Shown here in pieces: positions 55,556 through 64,000 of a stretch of 64,000 nt of DNA. The stretch's first letter is position 1, and every line of letters begins with the position of its first letter. A program made the translations under genes and the position numbers. The notes under the pieces are model-generated. The model was not told the origin of the DNA and made no database searches. It was given only the letters and a program-made list of their open reading frames with translations. The stretch is from Eledone cirrhosa (Eukaryota): the NCBI GenBank assembly GCA_964016885.1, contig OZ024743.1, forward strand, positions 175,026,001 to 175,090,000, read 5' to 3'.

Positions 55556-56286
55556 AATTCTGAGTTCAAATCTCGCCCAGGGATTATTGAAGACGTGAGA
55601 GTACATCAAATCCTCTTTTACTAATCCGTTACTTTTTGTGCTGGTTGTCATCCAGACTTCCGGGGTCATCTGGCCCCAGACTTGTCTTTTCCTTCAGCCA
55701 AATCTGGAGGAGGGCATGCCTCACAAGGAAGGAGCCACGAGAGATGGAATGGCTGATGCAAATGTGTGTCGCTGGTTGTTCTCTGTGGCAGGGTGCAACT
55801 GCGATATATCACCCAACCAAGGGTGTAGAATTTGCCCCTTACACTTCCCCTCCGCCCAATTTATTTATTTATTTGTCTTTAATCCACTTTTTTCTTTCTT
55901 CTTCTTTGTAAATATATACAATTCAATATGAAATTTTGAATCGATAAAATTTCGCGACTTTCTTTCGTCAAATAAACATCGTTGTTTATATATCGAAATT
56001 TGTAAGATAAACACTTTCTAGTATCTGTGAAATTGTTTGACATTCCCGTTAAAATAAAATGTATATAATGTCTAAAATTACTGGTAAATATTGTATCTCA
56101 TATGCACAGCTACTTAAGCAGTGTTTACAACCAACAATTTTAACACTAAAGTAGAACTTCAACCTTCTGTTTTACATATAATTTTTCCTGCTTCCTTCTC
56201 ACTATTTCTGGCGTATTATACACATAATACACAATACAGAAAATAAAGAAATCTTCTTGAATTGAATAATAACATTTTAAAATATC

Positions 56287-56329
<43 letters not shown>

Positions 56330-56335
<6 letters not shown>

Positions 56336-56866
56336 TAAAAGGAAAAGAAAATGCTGACAAATTTTTCCCAGTGAAAAATAGTTTAATTAGGAATAAGTAT
56401 TGGTTAGTATTCAGTTTTAGTTTTAAGTTTTTACCGGTTGCGCATTTCTAATGCTTTTCAAAAATAATTATGAGATAGAGGGCTCGTGATGTTTGCTCTA
56501 ATCTGATCAGTTTTGGAAATTCTTCCTGTTTTATGTGAAAAAAGTGGCTCCAGAGATATTAAGTTTGGTTGGTTGTTGAATGTCACGTGAATGAGTACTA
56601 TAAATTTCGCGAAAATTCGTGTTGCATGGTCGGTAGAGGTCACGTGAATGTTAAAAATTGATTTTGAGCCAAATGTAGGTTTGTCGAAGAGTGTCCTTTT
56701 TCGCCTGATTGAGAAGTCACTGAAAAATAAGTTTATTAAGACAAACATGTGTGTGTGTGTGTGTGTGTAGTAAAGAGGTTCATTGTTGTGATAATGGTCA
56801 GTAGGGATGTGTGTGTGAATTGCAGTCATGTTGAAATGTCAACAGTTCAGGTGTCTATTGAGACAA

Positions 56867-56922
<56 letters not shown>

Positions 56923-57058
56923 CAGAGTGGTTCGCGGTAGAGGAAATAAATTCGGTCTGTAGGAATGTGTGTGTACGACTGTGGGGGATATTTTAACATG
57001 TTGAAAGATATTTTTCAGCTCTTGTCTTATACGGATAAGTGTGTGCGTGCGTGCGTGC

Positions 57059-57095
<37 letters not shown>

Positions 57096-57634
57096 TTTTT
57101 GTATGTTAGTGCACGCGTGTGTATGTGTGTGTGTGTGGATTGACCAGTATTTTTGTGATACTGGTAAAAATGGTGTACATTATTCGATATTTTCAGTAAT
57201 TTGCAAAAACGATTCTCTCAAAAGAACATCAAAAACATTAATAATAAAAGGGGTGAATGATGTATAGTATTGTCATAACACCAAGGTGTGTGTGAGTGTC
57301 CAGATTGTACGTACTGCAAGGGGAATCCATTAGGCCCTGCCGTATTGGAATACTTGTGTACAAATATGTATGTGCCCATCAGTGTGCAATGCGTGTGCGT
57401 ATATGTATGTCTGTGTGTCGGGACGTTTAGATCTATAAACATCAAAAGGTATGCAAATTTGTGTATATTTGTGTTGCACCATAGAACATGTGTGTTTACG
57501 TATGTCATTGTGTTTATATGTGGATAGAAATGTATGTAAGATGTATGCTGACGTAGGTATGTATGTTGACGTGTGTATGTTGTGGGTTCGTCTTAGGGAG
57601 AAGTGTTTAGACGGGGTCCGTATTTGTTGGTCCA

Positions 57635-57700
<66 letters not shown>

Positions 57701-58219
57701 TTGTCTCAATAGACACCTGAACCTCTTTACTACACAAACACACACACACACACATGTTTGTCTTAATAAACTTATTTTTCAGTGACTTCTCAATCAGGCG
57801 AAAAAGGACACTGTTCGACAAACCTACATTTGGCGCAAAATCAATTTTTAACATTCACGTGACCTCTACCGACCAATCAAAATTGTTTTGACTACAAGAA
57901 TTTTTGCAACACGAATTTGCGCGAAATTTATAGTACTCGGTCACGTGACATTCAACAACCAACCAAATCTTAATACCTCTGGAGCCACTTTTTTCACATA
58001 AAACAGGAAGAATTTCCCAAACTGATCAGATTAGAGCAAACATCACGAGCGCTCTATCTCAAAATTATTTTTGAAAAGCATTAGAAATGCGCAACCGGTA
58101 AAAACTTAAAACTAAAACTGAATACTAACCAATACTTATTACTAATTTATACTTATTCCTAATTAAACTATTTTTCACTGGGAAAAATTTGTCAGCATTT
58201 TCTTTTCCTTTTACTAATA
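56330..58219. repeat. Long inverted repeat (arms ~56330-56870 and ~57698-58219)
   Basis: Arms are closely similar reverse complements with a few indels; ~830-bp spacer. Confidence 0.9.
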
Positions 58220-58687
58220 CATCACAACTCGTGTGTTACAATTCCGGGATAAAATCGGCTAGACGTAACGCCTCCAAAAAGCCATAAAAAGCTGAAAAAA
58301 TGAAGTTTTTCACCTAATGCGGGCCCTAGACAATAAACAAGTTGGATTTTCTTGGCTCACGCTATGAAGAAGAGACCGACTAATACATAGTTACAATTTC
58401 AAGGAAAAAGGTCTAACGTAACGCCTCAAAAAACCCCCTAAAATGCTTAAAAACGCAGTTTTTCACCTAATGCAGGCTCTAGATCAAAAAGTTTGAAAAA
58501 AATCGGTTGGGTACTTCTCGAATTTTAGGCATTCAAACTCACAGACACACACACAAACAGACATCCTCATGGAAGTGACGTAATGCAGACAGCCAGACAT
58601 ACAGACAGATATTATAAGGGCGTGACGTTATATGTATGTATCTATATAAAAAGAAAAAGACTAGGGATTATAGAGAGAGATTGCTAA

Positions 58688-59253
58688 GTGTGTGCATGTA
58701 TGTATATATATACACATACTACTGTACGTCTGTATACATATATGTATGCACGTATACATACTTATATTTAAGTAACACCCGTACTAAGAGTGAGAAATGA
58801 AATTTCGTTTCATTTTTTCCGTTTATCGTTTTCGGTACCCCGGCCGATTAACTCACTCGATATGCAAATTGGGCTGCTCATCCGTTAATATGCATAAGGA
58901 AAGTATATACTTTCAGTCGTTCAATCATCTGGCAGGAAGGTATACGTTGCTGACGATAGCTAATAAGCTTGAAACTAGTACAGCGTTCCTTTGTCAGTGT
59001 TGAACAAATGAGCAACGATGGTTGCTAGACACTGTACGGTTAATTCGGGATGTTTGTTTACAAACACACCGAGCATTATAATAAATGTTCGGTGAATCCA
59101 TACGTACATATATATATGTGTGCATGTATGTGTATATATATACATACTACTGTACGTCTGTATACGTATATGTATGTACGTATACATACTTATATTTAAG
59201 TAACAGCCGTAGTAAGGGTGAGAAATGAAATTTCGTTTCATTTTTTCCGTTTA
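58688..59253 (+). mobile_element. Second locus of the retrozyme-like unit (~1.3 copies)
   Basis: Reverse complement of the 24459-25480 unit; 59118-59253 repeats 58690-58825; ends in (TA)n. Confidence 0.88.
58944..58986 (+). ncRNA. Minimal type I hammerhead
   Basis: ACGTTG CTGACGA T AGCT AATA AGCT T GAAA CTAG TA CAGCGT. Confidence 0.88.
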
Positions 59254-59326
59254 TATATATATATATATTGTTATACTTGGGGAGGGTCACATTGTTGTAA
59301 TAATATTGCCAGAAATAATATATATA

Positions 59327-59363
<37 letters not shown>

Positions 59364-59414
59364 GAAAAAGTGGAAAATAACATGGTCAACAGTATAAAAA
59401 AGGAGATTTATTTA

Positions 59415-59518
59415 CAGTCTAACAATTGTTTCACTGATAGTCTAAAAATCGCTAAACACTGAAAGTAGTGTCACTCAATTTAAAATACATGTTATCTTCA
59501 TCATATCCTCAGAAACTG
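59415..59518 (-). ncRNA. Hammerhead with long stem II insertion
   Basis: CAGTTT CTGAGGA TA TGATG...TATCA GT GAAA CAATTG TT AGACTG; palindromic ACAATTGT. Confidence 0.72.
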
Positions 59519-59784
59519 AGAGAAAATATAAATATATGCGTAACCGACAAATTTACAAATTCAAATTACCACATCAATAATAATATTAATAATAAAGATA
59601 TAGAGAGAAAAAAAGGATAGCTATAGTAAAGATAGAAAGGAAGGGAAGAAGAAAGACGCCGTACGCTAAAACTATCCACGATAAGAAGTATTCACAACCT
59701 CTAATCGGATTACCTATAACGATATCATTTTATCCTCTATATCTATCTATCTATCTCTCTCTCTCTATATATATATATAGGAAA

Positions 59785-59987
59785 CGATCGACTTTTCGTC
59801 AAATCGGACCGAAGAAACAATGTTTCCATTGGTCTTTCCAATTGCTAATACTATCTATCGGTCGCAACTCCAGATAGAAGGAGCAACGTGAAATAAAGTG
59901 TCTTACTTAAGGACATAACGCATCGCCTAGTCCGGGAATCGAACTCACGATTGCAAATCCAATTCTCTAACCACTCAGCCACACACC
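59785..59987 (-). mobile_element. tRNA-derived SINE, second family (CORE-like block)
   Basis: TGGCTGAGTGG A-box, GAGTTCGATTCCC B-box, TGTCCTTAAGTAAGACACTTTA. Confidence 0.75.
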
Positions 59988-60060
59988 TTCACTATATATT
60001 TATATATGTATATATATGTAGGAGGAAGTTATAGTTCACTTGATGCATTGTGTAATGAGG

Positions 60061-60589
<529 letters not shown>

Positions 60590-60649
60590 CATATATATAT
60601 ATACATATGTATAGATATATATACATACATATATATATACACACATATA

Positions 60650-60690
<41 letters not shown>

Positions 60691-60782
60691 GCATATATGT
60701 ATATATATATATATATATATATAAATATGTATATATATATATATGTGTGTATATATATGTATGTATATATATATATGTATAC

Positions 60783-60867
<85 letters not shown>

Positions 60868-60869
<2 letters not shown>

Positions 60870-62289
60870 AGAGTATTAAAGTTACTATAGACTACCCAAG
60901 TATACACCCCAACCATCGATTACCTGTACTAGACACAGAGCTCTGGTTAGATACCATTAATAATTAATAACAAAAAACAAATCCTCCATTCCCATTATGC
61001 CAAACCCATGACTTCCAAATATCTGATCCACCGAAACTCAGCTGTTTCGGACCATACCAAAATCAACATACTGATTGCGGATTTGGTACGGGTGATGAGA
61101 AAGGTGTCCCGCATGTGCAATCCCGAAGAACTAGAGAGACACATACAACACTTCATCCACCGTATGCAGTTCTCTGGTTACAATCAGAGAGATAGAATCA
61201 GAGTGTATAGAGGAGTCAGAACCAAATGGGGAAACAAATGGTAAATAATGACACAAATGGGACCTACCCCTTGTATAGGAGCAAATTTTGGAATAGAATA
61301 GAAAGAACTAGGAATAAGACTAATAGAATAAACTCATGGTATGATAGCAATAAATACCAGAGTGTAATGTTCATCGATACAACCCCTATGGGTGAGTTAG
61401 CTTACAAATTTAGAAGGGCCCTAGATAAACATAAACTCAATATTAAGATAGTAGAAAGACCAGGTACCTCCGTAAAAACACTTATTAGCAAGACATACCC
61501 TTTTCAAAGACCCCCCCCCCTGTATAGATAAGAAATGTATAACCTGTAAATTAAGCCCCCATATCAACTGTAAAACTAGAAATGTAGTATATAGCATAAG
61601 ATGTACTGAAGGACAATGTAGAGACAAAAATATAGTGTACATAGGTGAAACAGCTCGTAGTGTAGGGGAACGGATAAATGAACACTGGCGAGACCTTCAA
61701 GATAGTAAAGAATCATCTGTACTCTACCAACGTGCTAAAATAGAACATAAGGGTAAATTAGAGAACATAGAAATATAAATAGAATCTACACACAGAAAAG
61801 ACGCAATGATTAGACAAATCACAGAGGCAATAAACATAAAAGAATTACAACCAAAATTAAATAGAAAACATGAGTGGAACAGCAACATCACAACTTACAA
61901 TTAAGGACAAAATGAAAACACACACGCACATAGAACAAACAACCAACCTGTAACATGCAAATAAACAAATATAAACACACACAGACACCCGGATGTGGCG
62001 CATGCGCAGACTGAGCACACAACACACACACACAAACAAGATGGCGTAGGACAGAACAAAGGAGAGGCACAAAAACAAAAAAAGAATCCCCAGTCACTGA
62101 AGAGGTCACAGAATGTGTGACGAAAGAACTTTGACAATATATAAACAACCATCTGGTTGTGGAACCAACCAACCAACCGGAAATTTATAAATTCCTAAAT
62201 TTATAAATTTATTATAATGAATTGAAGTGAAAGGAACTGGTGCGTGTGTTTCTTATTGGCAACATGACCCTCCCAAAGTATAACAATAT
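60868..62289 (+). mobile_element. 5'-truncated, frameshifted Nematis-like PLE (sister subfamily of the 23-kb copy) with 3' pLTR
   Basis: [54 protein letters not shown]; (TA)n on both sides. Confidence 0.9.
62093..62135 (+). ncRNA. Minimal hammerhead in the Nematis-like pLTR
   Basis: GTCA CTGAAGA G GTCACA GAATG TGTGAC GAAA GAAC TT TGAC. Confidence 0.65.
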
Positions 62290-62326
62290 GTATATATATA
62301 TATGTATATATATATATGTATATATA

Positions 62327-63600
62327 GGAACCAGTAAGACCCCGACAGCTGAGCTCAAGCCGTTTCGACGGCTAATTCTGGACTAAATGAAAATTTATCC
62401 TGGTATTTAAATAGCCGATCTTCTCAAGGGGTAATTCCATATATGGTCAAAGTGATTGTCAAAAATCAGTAGTAATTCTGTGGTTGCAAATTAGTAGGGG
62501 AGATGGTGGCTAAACCTGCCAGCAGGAGAAAGAGGGGAGGGGGTGGAGTAGACCCAATCAAGCGTTGGTAGTGCCAGCTACAGCTGGGCATGAGGTCAAA
62601 GAAGATACTGGGGAGGGGGAGGGAGAGGAAGTCGGAACGGTAGGTAGAACGATGGGGGGTAGAAATATATAGGAAAACAAATACTGAGAGTGAAGAAAAG
62701 CAAATAAGTGTAAAGAAAAAAGTAAAGTAAATTCTACGACCTAGGTCTCTAGCTATTGTTAGGCTAGAATAAATAAATAAAGAAAGAAAGAAAGAAGTAA
62801 AGAAAGAAATAAAGAAATAACGAAATAAGTAAAAGAACTAGGTGGGACGAAATAGGCAAGGACCCTTTTAAGAGGTATAAGTACGTAAATGATACGGTGA
62901 CGGGTCAACAAAAGGGGCCAAAATACTAAAGAGACTACCACGAAATAAACAATAAAGGTTTCCATCCCGGGCACAATGCCAGCAACCACCCAGTGCAGCA
63001 AAGTGAACTAGTACGAGATAATAATTCTGAGTCCCGAGAAAAATATATACTAATGCTAACTCTAAAAGATCTAAAACAAGCTACATGAAAGTTCGTACGA
63101 AGTAAAGGTAGAATACGGAAAAATAAATTCAGAATCCACCCCGCCCAAAAGAAAAGCGAAGAAAGAAATACTGAAACGAAAAAATAAGGCATAAGTGCCA
63201 CTAAGAAATATAGAGGGCACAGAGAATAGTGGGAGCGGTCGGAAAAAGGGGACAAGTATCCGGGGTCTAAACCCACTACTATAAAAGGCGGAGTCCGCCA
63301 AATCTATCATAGACTAGGGGAGGGGGTGGGGGTACTAAGGCTACAAGGGGCCAAAGGGCAGCCTCGGGTGGGCGAGAAAAGACGCCGACAAAGGAGAAGA
63401 GCTGGGGTAGAAGGACTAAGGAGAGAGGGGGGAAGGAAATAAAGGAAGCGATAAAAGAATACAAAGAAGATCTTACGTCTCCCTTGGCAAGCAGGGGTTA
63501 CCCATTGCAAAATCGGCAAGTGGGGTGTTATAGCCCTAGTCTACCCCCCCCCCCCCCGGGTCATTATGGGGTTTGAGGGCGAGGTAAGTCCTACGCAATC
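62327..63600 (-). mobile_element. Non-coding PLE 3' UTR/pLTR remnant
   Basis: Pyrimidine-rich minus strand ending in an HHR and then (TA)n; its terminus is repeated at 63761-63815. Confidence 0.6.
62339..62432 (-). ncRNA. Type I hammerhead with U3-A8 core and GUC cleavage site
   Basis: ACCCC TTGAGAA GATCGGCTA...TAGCCGTC GAAA CGGC TTGAGCTCA GCTG TC GGGGT. Confidence 0.85.
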
Positions 63601-63872
63601 TAGAACTGTTTCATTCATCTGAATGAAACAGTTCTAGTCCTGTAGAAGCTCCTTCTATACAATAAATATATATATATATAACGAAGGAAATGTGGTAAGG
63701 AACCAGATTGACCATAACGCACCAAAGTACTCAATACTTAGGGTAGTAGAGTGGGTAATAGGAACGAGTAGGACCCCGACGGCTGAGCTCAAGCCGTTTC
63801 GACGGCTAATTCTTGACTGAGTCGGGGTCCTACTCGTTCCTATATATATATATGTATATATATATGTATATA

Positions 63873-63996
<124 letters not shown>

Positions 63997-64000
63997 TATA

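Noticed and set aside
55690-55770. Possible host exon after a pyrimidine tract and CAG
   Set aside because: No recognisable protein similarity and a weak donor; cannot be supported without RNA-seq.

Overview
Eukaryotic, very AT-rich, repeat-saturated DNA with no recognisable host gene. The SINE types and the (TA)n/(CA)n density suggest a cephalopod such as Octopus; this is inference. Contents: (i) many Penelope-like retroelements (PLEs) of three apparent clades (Naiad-, Neptune- and Nematis-like), including one intact 737-aa RT+GIY-YIG ORF (12571-14784), nearly all embedded in (TA)n; (ii) a 20/23-bp satellite (about 25.85-41.6 kb) with higher-order duplications, interrupted by a decayed Gypsy LTR element; (iii) SINEs, a non-autonomous Helitron, a MITE, an RTE LINE 3' end and minisatellites. 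The hidden layer is RNA. Reading both strands by eye gives about 18 hammerhead-ribozyme (HHR) motifs from about 11 unrelated repeat families. Three unrelated HHRs carry a compensatory U3-A8 core (UUGANAA instead of CUGANGA), several have large structured insertions in stem II, and one is split by a Helitron. A non-coding, highly structured ~422-bp tandem unit with one minimal HHR per monomer (retrozyme-like, predicted circular RNA) occurs at two loci. All folds were paired manually; none is computationally or experimentally validated.
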